Shown: positions 36,855 to 50,842 of the stretch, in pieces
How the letters are laid out: the number at the start of each line of letters is the position of its first letter
Numbering within the stretch: position 1 is the stretch's first letter
DNA from: Catajapyx aquilonaris
Taxonomy: Eukaryota
Length of the DNA stretch: 64,000 nt
Assembly (NCBI GenBank): GCA_000934665.2
Contig: KZ538266.1
Span: forward strand, 1 to 64,000
Direction: 5' to 3'
The notes under the pieces: model-generated
Seen by the model: the letters and a program-made list of their open reading frames with translations, nothing else
What the model was told of the DNA's origin: nothing
Database searches by the model: none
Translations under genes and position numbers: made by a program

Positions 36855-39686
36855 ACTTGGAGAGCCAATGTTCTGAAACAAATTGCCAAAAAAAAACAGT
36901 CAGTGTCGTCTTTGAAACCCATCTTTTTCCCACGGCTCATTTACTGCGACCATTTGCGTGATCAGTGCAAACAGATCGAATTTCTAACCTACAAAAAAAA
37001 ATGTGGAAAAACATGGTGGTTCGTCCATTATTTTGTGGGTCATCCAAAAATAATGCGGAGAATAAATTTTGCAGATTTGGACCAGATTACGATGGATTTG
37101 AAAGGCGGCGGATTTGATGGCGTGACAGGAAAGTAATTGTCTGTGGACATGGGACAATCATGCGAAGAGCACCGGAGAGGGGGGGGGGGGTAAAAGGGTG
37201 TCAGCTTTACACAAAAAAATTTCATAAATTATTCATTGTTGTTCACCCCCAGCCATCTCTCTTGGAAGAGTCTAACTTACTCCTAAGGTACAATATACGC
37301 CACCGGTCTGTCACCTTGACGCTGTAATTACCCATAAAAAGGGAGAGTCAGTGCAAGTAAGTCACGAACACATTACGACGCCAAATCTACAGCACTCCAG
37401 AGGGATTGTCACACAAGCAACGAACACGACCAGATAAAGTGGCAATGATATTGTTGATTCCAACGGATAAGCCGCTCGTTTGGTTAAATTGTGTATTCCC
37501 TATATGTACACAGTGCATGCTTTGCCATGGAATGTACCGAGGGGTACTTACCCTGTAGCGGACTCAAAAGTCAATTATGTGTAAATGTGGAGGACGGAAC
37601 AATTAGTCTCGTTTTCCGTGCGAGAAGTGCAAGCAAGTCTACAATGAAGCTACTTATAGTGTGCTCTCTAAGTACTTTAATTGACGTTATTAGCATAGTA
37701 TTGCGAAAATTACTTGGAGAGTCAATCTGCTCAATTTATTTATTGAGTACTCGGTAACAATAATTTGAACTGAATATTTCGAGCATGTGCATGAGCCCGT
37801 GACATTGACCATGCTACAAATATGCGTGCAATAAAAATAATTAAGTTACAAATTGTCATAATTAGTTTGAGTACAATTGTCATGTTTTCAAGTTATTTTT
37901 TGCCAAACTTAATTCGTGCTACATTTTTATTTTGAAGATTGTAGCTGACTGCCCATTCATAAAAGCAATGACAAATTGACCGATACATTTGGTATGCATG
38001 TCATTTTGATTTTGTTCCCCTTAATGGCCATTGTCAGCTTCGCCGGGTGTTTCTTTTTATAGGCCATTGTCTGAGTCACTTCATACCAATTTGAGACCAG
38101 GTCAAGTAATTGGCAGTCAACGCGTTTACTTACCATATGTCAAGCATCCGCGACCCTTAAAGCTATTATTCGTCACTCTGGGATCGAGCTTGACGCAACC
38201 GGCTGTCTCTCGAGTGTGTGTAAGTGCAAAGAACTATGCGAGAACATGTGTTCGCACATGCCTGACTCACAGCAGGTGCCGGCTGCCCATAATGTGCAAA
38301 TCAAAAAAAACTTGTGGAAGGTCACTGAAGGACTCGCCTGGGACAGGAAATTAGCTCCACCCTGTATTTCCGTCCATGCTATTCGTGCTGGTCGAATGGT
38401 AATTACTACTTACATCCGATCAGCATTTGGAAGCAATTTCGCAAAAGAATTTAGTGGATCTCATCTCTGATCGCAAGTTACTTATTTAATGCTTTTTCAT
38501 CAAAAGATGATGCAACGCATGTAATAAAAAATACATGCGAAAAGATATGAAACTTGATTGTCAACAATCAGGCATAGACGACACAACCGATGCGACGTCT
38601 ACATATCTATACGTGTAGAGTGACCTTTGACAGTTGCTAAGTTAAGTTTGAGGAACATTCTTCAGAATGTAAACATTTTTCATTCGAATAATTATTTATT
38701 ATCTCATCGTTACGTAGTTACAAGTACATTAGAAGGACTTGCAAAAAATTGGATTTCTCACTGGATAGCCAACCGGTTATGTCTGTACGTTGCAATAATT
38801 GACGTCACCTAATGTTTTAGTATCAGGAAAACTATACCAAGGCAAACATGCTATAAAGCTCATTAAAAACAATTGCAAGTAGGCATTAATAGAAGGTACC
38901 ACAATTTTTATGCGGCGGTTCTTTGAAATTATCCAGTCGGTGTAATGTGCAATAACCCAGCACGTTTTTTTTAAAATTGGATGGCCAATATTTTTATGTC
39001 GGATTTGCATGTGGTCCACGCCATTTTCGCAACCTTTTTCCGGTTTAAAATCCCAAATAATATAACCGCAGCATGAATGCCTGTCGGTGTGCAAAAATTT
39101 CAATCTAAATCGCAGCCTGGCCATGCAAATGCGATCCGACACTTCCACAACCAGCGCGGAGCCATTTACCATGAGCCTAGGGGTCAATTTGGATGCGATT
39201 AGGATCAAACTCACCTGTGGCACGTGATGCTGCGACGACCAGAAGCGTGTTCACCACACTAAACCGCGTTTTTCCCTCCCAACATCCACAAGCCCCGCGC
39301 TCCTCCGAGCCAAGGTTGCAACGTCCTCGACCACTATAATTGGAAAATCACGCAGTTGCCAAGTCTACCCCTTTCCTCATCTTGCGTAACACCACACCCC
39401 TTTAGATCATCCCCTTGGAAACCGTTCCAGTTCTTTTCCTCTCTGACTGGCGTACATACAAAATACACTTGTTTTTCTCCCTTCAACCGTAGTATATGTC
39501 ATCGTAGGACTTAACATTCAAGTCATTCAACCTGCTTTAAAATGGGAAGAGCCAATTCTGCACGTTCAGATATTAGCAACTCATGATCGGAAGGTTGTCA
39601 GCCATTGTTCGTTAATATTCAGACCTGATGAGGCTGCAACAAAGGGAAGAATTGGTTGCAGTTTAGTTGACAGTGCGAACGTGGTC

Positions 39687-41069
39687 CTAGAGTGGTCCTC
39701 CTGGTCTAAGCTGGACCAGGACCACCATCACGGCCAAGAGATAGGGCGCCCCGAAGTCTATGGGTGGGCTCCCACACTTCTCCTGGAAAAAAGAGGCAAA
39801 CGGCCAGTATCAACTGAAAGGTTTCTTTCTTTTCAAAAACAGTGATAATGCTGATGTCGATGAAAAAAAAAAAGAGATTCATACAGATCCGTCTGTTCAC
39901 TTGTCGTGACTGTGTATTTGGTTTATGCAATTCTGCTCAATTTTTGGTACAACACTAGTTGGAAGAGCCCAACCCAAAAGTAAATTGTGTATCAACATGG
40001 AGGATTTACCACCAAGACAAGCGAACGAATCAATCCATCACATTTCCTTTTACTGTAATAGCGGAATCAATGGTTGAAGGAGACCTAAGAGAAGTTAATG
40101 ATGTAATCAGACTGAAATGCAGAATGAGGAAAGTCCCATTAAGAACGAAATTGATTACCGTATGTATTATTCAATCAGTCCTCAAAGCGAACGTTCTGAT
40201 GGTCATGCCATCTTTCTGAATGATCAATGACAGCACCTACATGCAAAAGTGTTGGGATAAACATGTTCCGCCACACCGGGCAATTCAATCTTCAAACTGC
40301 TATCCTATTCATATCTCCGAATTATATAGTCGAAATTACGTGTGTGTCTTTGAAGAACCACTCGTACTCCCTCGGAATCTTCTTCTTTTCGGGGGTGGCG
40401 TCGGGCAGTGCTTTTTCCATACACTTCACGTAGAAGTCCTGAGCTCTGGAAAAAAGAAATATAATTTCAGTTGTCAGGATTAATCTGAGCGTGATTAATC
40501 TGAGGCACGAGAACATAATGAACGATATGTACTGGATAAGTGATGGAAATATTTTTCTTAAGAGATTAGGCTACTAGAAATCTTACTGGCATGTGATATG
40601 TTCAACCCATCCTGGTGGCTCATTCGAAAAATTTCTGCTCGTTATTGGCTGACAATGTTACCATTCCAGCCCAGCATTTGCATGTAGTAATCGGATTTTA
40701 GGTTGACTAGCAGCCAGACATGACATGATGATTATATTCAACAGTAACCTACTTACGTTCATTTCTCTTACCTGCAGATAAGTCTGTCCTTGTCTTCTTC
40801 TGTGCGAGCAGAGATGGCCGCATACACGTCTTCGCTCAGCTCAAGCATGCAGTCAGCCAGATAAACGAACTGAGCACTTGTCACTTCTACTCCTGCTATA
40901 TGAAATTATTTCATCAGTGGAAAAAAGGCAACATATCCAACACCGTACAGCACACTGCAGTTATCTCAATTACTACTCGAGTTCAGTTGGAACACCCTGT
41001 ATATGAAAGGGGCATGTGGACAAGCGACTCACCAACAATGAGAACGACGCACAAGACTAGGACCTTCAT
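39687..41069 (-). CDS. Paralog 9: secreted, putatively GPI-anchored 4-Cys protein, 119 aa
   Basis: Exons 41069-41033, 40892-40772, 40445-40340, 39782-39687. Protein: MKVLVLCVVLIVGVEVTSAQFVYLADCMLELSEDVYAAISARTEEDKDRLICRAQDFYVKCMEKALPDATPEKKKIPREYEWFFKDTHEKCGSPPIDFGAPYLLAVMVVLVQLRPGGPL*. Confidence 0.87.
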
Positions 41070-43275
41070 TATGTGCATCTAACACAATCATGCCAGTGAC
41101 GAGGCTGGAACTACAAGACTGAGAAGAGAGCATCCGGTGTAGGATGGGTGAAGATATGACATAACACAGGAAGAGGGCATTAGCTATGGCTATCAGACAT
41201 GAGCATTTTCAAAATGTGAGTTCGATATTACCAGTCCGGGCCGATTAATGTGCATATTAAATTATTTCTTTCATGCAACAATCACCGGGAAGTGCTCCAA
41301 TGAGATTAGATTTTAGGATCGAATAATTTGTTATAAATCTTTGGTTTGTATTTATAGATTTCTCGCTCTATAGCATGCAAAATGAGGATCTTCTGCAGAG
41401 TGAGACAAAATAATGCTAATACAAAAAAATCAGTATGAACATTCTTCAAGGCCATTCAAGATTCATCCTAGCATAACCGATCATGATGCCATGTTTACCA
41501 TATTGTGAAATGTTTCTAACCTGACCTTACACAAAGACAATCATATGGTATCACTTAGGAAAATACACAAAGATTAAATTAGTCACAGGTTTGCATGGGC
41601 AGCCTGCCTTTTCACCACATCCGGCTGAGATGCGAGACAAAACATAACACCGAAACAGGATGAATGATATACTGCCATTGTGGCCTGAATGAACGGCAGA
41701 ATATTATGCAAAATGAAATCATTAATAATTCAGTGTGATGAGCAGCTTAGCATAAGCATCCAACATCTGTCCAACATACAACGGAGGCATTTAAAAACGT
41801 GACTTCAATTGCACTTCAAACAATCAAAGAACTGCACAATGGACAAGGAAAACTCTCAACAATGAAACCAACAATATTAAACACTGCGTGACTCCGTGCC
41901 ATTCGCTGGCTGAATGACCTGAAAATGAACATGTCAGTCTTACAAGCCCTATGATGTTGTCCTATAAAATCAAGACAGTATGTTGTAGTCCGGCAAATAT
42001 GCTGAAGAATTAATTATTAATTTGAAAGGATAGAGTATAGTCAGTGTTGGAAAATTTGGTTGTGGAACAGGTCAAATAATGAGACAAAAATACATTTTTT
42101 TTCTCTCGTCAACTGTATTGATGCTATGTACATGACCGTATCATACAGTTTTTTTGCTTTTTTTTAGAACCATTCCACCTGCCTCAAATGACCACAGCAT
42201 TAACCTGTACGAGATACGTTCAATCATTGCTAAAAATAAACCTTTTTTATAATCCCAGTTCAAATGAAAACTCAACAGGACTTTTTCGCATTATTATTTT
42301 GTACAATTCCTTGCATTCGTTTGTACCTTTCGGGATCCGAATCATACAATGTAAACTGCCTCCTAGCAGCAAAAAACCATAATTAGCAAATCCAGTCATC
42401 AAAGCGACCCACATCTTTGCAAATAGTCAAAAGCTAGGGTGGTCTGGTAATGGCATCGCCCAAAAAAGAAACGACCGGTTTCAAGTGCAAAGTTTTTGCG
42501 ATTACAAAGAGGTGTTAAAATCGCGTACAGTGCCACCAATTATTTTTTTCTAAATCGAAAAACCTGTCTTATCCGTGAAAAAAGCTGCTTTGAAAAAGTG
42601 AATTGCTTGGAAATACGTATAACATATTTTGAAGGTGGCGCAAAAAAAAAATGCATATATGTTATTTATTTTTGGCTCGTAGGACAACTTTGCATTTTGA
42701 TTGGAGGCAGTGAGTCTGGCAGCATTAATAACATCCACAATCCTACAACAGACAACAATTGGTTTGCGGGCGACTCCTCCTTCTTTTTTCTTTTTTTTTT
42801 GAGTTTTAATCCCATCAGCCACTTCCACCCAACAACTAGATAACGTCCACAGTATTTTTTTAACCATTTTCTTACTTAAATAATCTCGTGGAACCATATT
42901 TAACTGTAATGATCCCGGGCGACATTTTTCCACAGTAATAATAATTAAATTGTTAATGACGATGAATGATGATGGCAAACAGGAGGGGGGGGAGGTGTTT
43001 TGTAGAGAAGCGGGAGAAAACACGAACACTACACACACTCTACCTGCTGGTGGAGAAGGATGGGGACAGGCGGTATGTACATATTTTTGGTGGATTTAAT
43101 AACTAATGGCGGTTGCAGGCAATTAGAGGGTTTAATGAAGACACGGGCGAAAAAGTTGAGCTTGGAAGAGGTGGGGGTGGTTGGGCAGGAAACGCAAATT
43201 TGTGGTCGGTTGCTTCTTCTTCTCTTTCTTTTTTTTTTGGGGGGGGGGGGTTGTAGTTTTGGTGTGAACATGGTC

Positions 43276-46200
43276 CTAGAATGGTCCTCCTGGTCCGCGT
43301 TGGCCCAGAGCCACCACCACCGCCAGCAAGAATGCCAGCAGGTAGGGCGCCCCTACGCCTATCGGCGAGCTCCCACACTTCTCCTGTGGAAAAAAACAAC
43401 AATCGTCATAATCCTACTTCTATAGCACAGTCAGTGGCCAGAAGAAATCTTTGCAAATATTATTGCACGCTTACGTTTCTGTCTTTGATGAAACGTTCAT
43501 ACTGCTGCTGCGTCCTGTCCTTCATATCGCTGGTGGCGTCGGGCAGTACTCGCTCCACACACTTCACGTGGGCCTCATGAGCTCTGCAACAATTAAGCAA
43601 CAATGTGAACTTGGAGCTAACAATTTCATGATTTCCAAAGAAACAAAAAAAACAGTCATGAAACATGGTCCTGATAGTAATGAAAAATCCATAATGCACA
43701 ATTTTCTTCTGTAGAAATTGAGGATCAACTCGAATCCATAGAAATATCTACATGTTATATTATAAAGCAGAAAGTTTGTTGGTATGGATGCAGATTTTTT
43801 GTTCCAATTTGTGTTCATCCAACCGAGCATAAGTGAGAGTTTGCGAATTAGCTTCCTGCAACATCCCCCAATATTGGTTTGGCCCCCGTCAAGTGATGCG
43901 CACTTGGGAGGTTGCGAATAAGCTCGATAGATCGCAAAGGAATATTCGCGAGGCCCGAGTCGCAACCACATCTGGCGGCCACTAGACGAACGAAAAGCCA
44001 AGTCGCATAATATATTTTGCACGCGGAACATTCCCGACAGCCTGCAACGGTTCACATCCTGGATTTTCTGCAGGACTTTAACCCGGGCAGCGAAGAATAT
44101 AAACTTTTGAGCCCAACTTTTGCGACCAATTTTCCGTTATTTACATCGTTTTTTTTAAAGTTCGACATGCTGCATCTACTGAACCAAATAGCTCCATTAC
44201 GTTAAGAACTTTTTAGGAAGCCTTTTAGCAGATTGGGACTTAATAAATGGCGCACTATTGGCTGATCTGCTCATAACACACCCTAAACCTGGCCTAAACT
44301 ACTCAATTACGTCAGAAAAGCCCTGCAAATACTGAAATATTGCGGCTGTTTACATATACCCTCTGCACTCTGTACAGACATGCGTGACCTATTTCTGCCA
44401 AGTAATCAATATACGATGCCGCATTTAATTGAATAATTTGCTAATTTAATTTCTCTCTGCAGAACTATTTTTGCCCCAACTCTTTCCCTAAACTGTCGTG
44501 GAATTTTGTAGAAAAATTAATCAATTTGCAATAATTTGCAGATTTTTTGATGATACAGGCTGCAATATATTTTGATGACTTTATTTATAATCGAGCTAAA
44601 TGATGTGCATTTTTTTGATCAGTTGCTATATAGTGTGCAACAATTTAAGGACACGAGAAAAAAATGCGCAATTACCAATATTGATAGAGAGAGTATAGCC
44701 TAATATTTTGCAAGCTGGGGAAGGTATTTACCTAGTATTTTTTCACACCTACGGCAAGCTCAAATTTCACAACTGGGTTAATAACTAAGAGCTCTCAAGC
44801 TAATAAAGCGTATGGTGCTGCAGCCGACACCCCTTGTTTGGTTGAGTATGGCCAAAAAAATCGATTCTCTTGAGACCACGCCGGGCACGCTCAGCTATAG
44901 ACGCTTCCCATAGCAATTCTGCTCACATAGTCTCTACCAGGGTGGGGTCAATATCTGCCTTTTTGTTTCCTGGTCTCCAAGCTGCCTCTTTTGTTAGTCC
45001 GCAAAAACATATAGGTTGTAAACTGCGGAGTTTAAAAAAAACTTGATTTCTGTTCTTACGTGTAGCTCTGATTTTGCATAGGAATAATGGACATTTCAAG
45101 GCGCATTTTGCATTTCAGATGACCGCAGGGACTCTGTACGGGTACACCGCATGTACTCAGTGAGCTGCATGCAAACTTTACGAGGCTCCGACCACACTGA
45201 CACGCCCAGTGCCTCCCACTAAAAATTGGGTAAAAGTTACGTCCCTGCCAGCTTTTTTTTAACGTTAAAGTTTATCGGACGTTGCTGTCAACATTGTAAT
45301 CCCAGAGGTGTGCCGTTCATGGCGAGGTCGCAGTGTAATCAACCTTTACTCAAGCCCTGGTGGCCGAGAGAGCTCCACCTTCCACTTTTTATATATACTG
45401 TAGTATAAATTTATCCGTGTCAGGCACAATATAGAGCAGCGTGATCCTGTTAATTTAGATGCGACTTTATATGCGGTGATGTCCAATTAGCTATCAAACA
45501 GACCTTGACAGTTCCATTTTTAGTGTACATGTTTGTGCTAGCTCCTGATTATAGTATCATATCTGATATTAATAACACACCGTTGCACTATAGTCAAAGG
45601 CTTTTATTCCGTGGATGGCCTTTTATTTGCAGGCTAACTGACCTACTGGTGCAGCGTTTCCGCACTGTAAATGCCGATGTGGAAATGTCAAATAATGTGG
45701 CCGAGGTCCCATAATTCGAGTCAATTTTTCAGGAGAAGGAAATGAAATTTCCTGTTTACCCGATACACGGGCTCAATCCATACTTATTTGTGCACAAGGT
45801 AATACAGAAATAGTCCTGTGCCTGTCATACCCAGGACGGAAAGGCTTCATTTGTAAAACACAAGCTGAGCCGAGTATTTGTGCCAAAATAATGTAAAACC
45901 TCGTGTAGTTCCAGTCTCTGATTAAAACCCCAACTTGCATTACATTCAAAACTGCATTTAACATATTTTTTTCACAGGTTTCTCAATTATAAATGAGACC
46001 TTACAGACCGGTGACCAGACGTGTAACCTTGTTCTTGACCACTATAGGATGAATATTATACCAAAGGGATGAATAATGTATCTCTACAGTGCAATTGAAA
46101 GGAGATATGCAATAATGATTCAACCCGCTTGAGAACAGTTTTGAGAAGAAGGGCTTTGCATGTCACATCTGTGAAATTAAATTCGGTGTCCTTTTCTGTC

Positions 46201-49200
46201 ATTAATGACCGAAGTGTGCAGATTTCGCCCGCTTGATTTTAACTGAATAAAGCACGATCCTTTGGGTTAATGTTCCTGGGCGTAACTCAATTTTGACCGG
46301 TTTTGTGGGTTGACATATTATTGCATAACGCTGTCCAATTGGACCTAATGTGGATTTAGTGTTAGTCAGTAGTAGGCTAAGTAGTAAAATGTGACTTATT
46401 AAAAGCAAATAAAGCTGGTTACTGCAAAATCATGTTGTCGCATTAGTTGCGACGCAGTTCTTGGTCCTACGACGTCACTCGACCGCATCGTATCCCAAAG
46501 ATCAAAAACCCAATCGATCATCCTGCCAGTCAGGCAACACACCCTGCATTACACCTATTTCCAACGCGACCTCTCCTTCTCTGGCTGAATCATCAGCACG
46601 CTCCGTCCCAATGGCCACGGCCTGTTCCCTCAAAACGTGCGAAATAGGTCGGTACCGTCCACGTGCGATGCATCACGCAGTGCCCAACAGCCCCCTTTCG
46701 AAAATTGGGCTGGTTTGAATTGATTCTAGAAACGTCCATGGAGGGCCTGCGCAAGTCACCCACTCGTCCAGAGAGAGCCAAGGCAGCAGCTACTGCATTG
46801 ATCCACACTACACACTATATAGAGACCACATTTCACCAGCAGCAGCCCCACCCTGTGCACTTACTACCACCACCCACGCAAACCCCAAATATCGATCAAT
46901 GAGAAAGCCTCGATTTATTTTTAGACGAATAAAAGAAACATATGTGTACCCATCAGGTTTGATTGGTCCTGTATAGTGAAGCAGGAGGCCAGTAGGTGAG
47001 AGCGGATCCATATAATCTGCGCAGCATCACCCTGTACCCTTCCTCCTCCTGCTCTCCTTGCTCAATGTCGTGTCCCCCATTTGCCCCCGTAGCAGCCATC
47101 CCAGCAGCAGTGTCAAGTTCATTTCCAAACCCAGGGCCGTTTATTTTCGTACCCGAGTTAAGTTCTCATTTTACGGGAAGAAGGGGCCAAGGCTGGAACC
47201 GGGTCTTTTGGTTTATTCAATGCGTTTCGGCGTGTCTTGAGACGGCCTCGATGCTTGGGGCGCGCCCTGGTGATTCGATATTAATAATGGGAACCAAGGC
47301 CCCTTCAGTTGCCATAGTGTTTACCACGAATTTGGTCGATTTCGGATGAAACGTAGTGAGAATCAGCATTTTTTTTACACTGCCCAGTAATAAAAGTGAA
47401 TCGTTTCCTATAATAGGAAATTAACAGTATTTAACCTGTCTCGTTTTTATTTGATCCAGCTTCGTAATAAAAGACAACACTAATGTTGTTGATCACATAT
47501 CTTGCGTAAAATGCAACTCTGCTGCTCAGAAATGTCACCAGGTAAGTTGGTCCGAATCATTAAGAATGAAATTGAAGGGATCAATCAAAACGCAATAGAG
47601 AACGTGTATATACAGCACATGATCGAAATATTGCGTCTTGATTGATCACTCTATATCCGTACCTGTCATAAAACATAAAACAGCAATTGGAGGTCTTTCT
47701 ACTCGAAATGAAATTCTGGTACTGTATAGTCTATGCTTCTATACTTGGTACATGGTAATATCGATGTCAATCATCCTGTTATATTTGGAAGTATTATCCC
47801 CACTACGTTTGCATAGTCAGTAATGATGCCAATGATGCATTTTAATCAAGAAGGCAGTAAACTATATAGGATACCTGATAGCAGATGGCAGCTGTTACGT
47901 ACACTTAGAAACATAATGAATTTTACCATGTGATTGTTACAGTGGAATGACCTTGAATAACTGGCGATGACTACCTCGTATCGTGCAATTTTCTGACCCA
48001 AACAAAGGGGACAAACACGCGTCTGTCTCTATAATCGATCATGGTTCATACATTTCAATCAATAATTATTCACCATTGGAGTAACTCACCTGCAGATGAG
48101 TCGGTCCTTGTCATAGGTGGTGAAAGCAGAGTTGGCCTTATCCACGTCCTGGTTCAGCTGAATCATGCAATCCCGAATTTCGTATTGAGCCCTTGTCACT
48201 ACGCCTCCTGAGAAAGGGAGAGGGGGAAAAAATGATCCAGAGCAACGTATAGTTAGTAATAATATCATATGCTACGAGTGTCGCGCAATATGTAGAGCAT
48301 ATGAGTAGTGCTGAGCATCACCAGCCGCCTCCGTCATACGCCGCTTCCTTTATGAACATTTCATAGCTTTTAGCATACCAAGTGGGCACCTCATTATTAT
48401 TATCCGGCTTGCTTGCCTTGTCCTTCGCACAGCTGCCGCTTCCTTCGCATTTATTCAGTCCAAGCATAACTGTCACAAATCAAATTAACCTGAAAATTTC
48501 CATCCAGTCGGGCAAAGACAACGTCACTGTAATGAGCCACGGTGTACTCAATGTAATCCATTTTTATCACAGTATAGAAGGCCTGCTATGATAATGGCAT
48601 GTTATCACTATAGTGTTAGCAATGCACAATTATTCAATCTTTCTAATGCACTCATCTTGGGGAAAAGTGGCAGCTTAACAAACAATTGGTTTATGGAGAG
48701 CTAATGTGAAATATAATATCTGTATTGCATTTCGTATCCAACGCAATGCAAAATATTTTTTATTTCAAGAGTCTGCAAGGGAAAGGAGTGTTATGGATTC
48801 TTTACTCCAGCAACGAGTTTCAGGGAAACAACAATCAGTACAGGTGACGATAAAAAAACAGGGACCAGCCTATATTTTGTTTGCTAGAGTAACCAATCCA
48901 AACTGTAATTCCCCGCCTCTCATCACGTAGTGTGTGTGTGTGCTTGGGGCCCTGCGCCGTCTTCTACAGTTCAGCTGAAAACATGCTTAGTGAGGAAATT
49001 TTCGCAGAGACCGGAGCATTTTGACTATAGAGACCTGTAACGATTTCCAAAAATGGAACAAGTACTGCAGTGCAACGTTAAAATATCACAATAATCCAGT
49101 TGATTATTATTTAAATAAATTGCGACTAATAGAATGACAATGGTTTCAGACTTACATTCAGTGTGAATCAGTTGTAAGAAACAATTTGGACAACTTTTCT

Positions 49201-50842
49201 ACCCTGCTGGATTTCGGCCCTGATTTTATTTTACCATTAAATATACCGCCAAAAGGCATAATTAATATACTAATTGGGCCTTCTCCGCCTCATATACCCC
49301 GCGAAAGACACCTCGGCCCCATTAAAAGAACGTGTGGATTTGGGCACATCCGAAGCCATGTGGAATGTGATTATACGCCAATCCCTTTACCAGAGAGCAC
49401 TCTAGGATAAAACGATCAAAAGGGCCTCCAATTACACGGGCTGCCATTACGTAAGGAATGGTGCACTCTAAAATCCAGGCCGAGTAAAGCTTGAAACAGA
49501 AAAAGGTGGTGGCTCAGAAAATGGGACTCCAAATGTGTATGCCGAAGAAAAAGGCTCTCTTTTTCTCCCCCTTGCTTTTCCCACCAGATCTCATCGAGGG
49601 AGGGCCAAAATCACTAATCAATCGTCATGCGAGGAAGGCTACATGGCAACCAGTGTGTGGGGTTGCCCTCCCCCCAAAAATTGATATGACCTACTTGAGC
49701 AGGTACACCCTGGAAATATTCCTGCAGAACAATATAGGTTTGATATGCATTGGCTCGGAACTACTTTTGTGTACTAAAACTTTCCAGAATAGTTGCGTAC
49801 GTATTAGTATTAGATAATGATATTTTTCGTTGGAGTTCTTTTTACAAATTTTTTTGCCCTTTGAATACCTGAAGTGCAAAACAATTAAAGTCGCATAATT
49901 TCTAAAATGTTATTATTGCATTTTTCTTTACGAGATGAACTTTCTACAACAGCTGTAATTTCTATTTCGTAACACTGACTTGACCAATTGAACGTACCCT
50001 TGAAGGACTCTATTAAACTATGACTGACTCAATCTCTATCAAAATGTGACTCTGATTGTTTTCACTTGACATATTACCCAATTCTATCGAGTGCATTTCT
50101 ACTAAGCAATTTTTGCAGATATATTTGCCCGTCAATTTGAGTGTTCTAACAAGATGACAAAATAAATACAGCATAAATTGAGTTTTTAGGCAGTTCAACA
50201 CCTAAATGCGTTGTGTATGATATTCGTCAACAGTGAAAAGAGAAAAAGAAACCCAAAATAATTTAGAAATTACACTACATCGTAATCAGCAATCCACCAG
50301 TAGGCTTATATAATTATCGTCGCATGTATTATGCGCAGCGAACCAGTCTCTAATAAAGGTGCAAAATTCTGCTCCATGATCAAAGAAAATGCCATAATGG
50401 TCAGGTTTTCGCTATATCCAGGGTCCGTTGGAGAACAATACTTCATTTCCCTGGTCTCAGAAGCGCATAATGCGTCAAAAAAGTTGCGAAAAAACGTACG
50501 TATCCAGGTTCAGAAAAATAATCACGATTATAACAAGGCAAATGGATTTTTTCTCCCCCAAAAATATTTCCATATTCCTGGTGCTACACACCGTGCGAAT
50601 ACTATAGTCCGAAACTATTTTTTGCAACATGCTACATGCTGTAGAGATGTCCAATTTTCGCACATTGACCTGTATGATGTCAAAAGTCCGTCAGAGCATT
50701 TGGCTGACATGTACGGGTGGGTTTACGGAAATCATTAATATTTTTTCCACATCAAATTATTGGCCAAGTGCACTGACGGAACGGGCATGAAAACAAATCA
50801 CTGACCTGCCACACAGAAGGCGAAGATCCAAAGGGCGCGCAT
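43276..50842 (-). CDS. Paralog 10: secreted, putatively GPI-anchored 4-Cys protein, 123 aa (sister of paralog 9, long introns)
   Basis: Exons 50842-50806, 48207-48090, 43583-43475, 43383-43276. Protein: MRALWIFAFCVAGGVVTRAQYEIRDCMIQLNQDVDKANSAFTTYDKDRLICRAHEAHVKCVERVLPDATSDMKDRTQQQYERFIKDRNEKCGSSPIGVGAPYLLAFLLAVVVALGQRGPGGPF*. Linkage across the 4.5-kb and 2.6-kb introns is inferred from phase and from homology to paralog 9. Confidence 0.83.
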
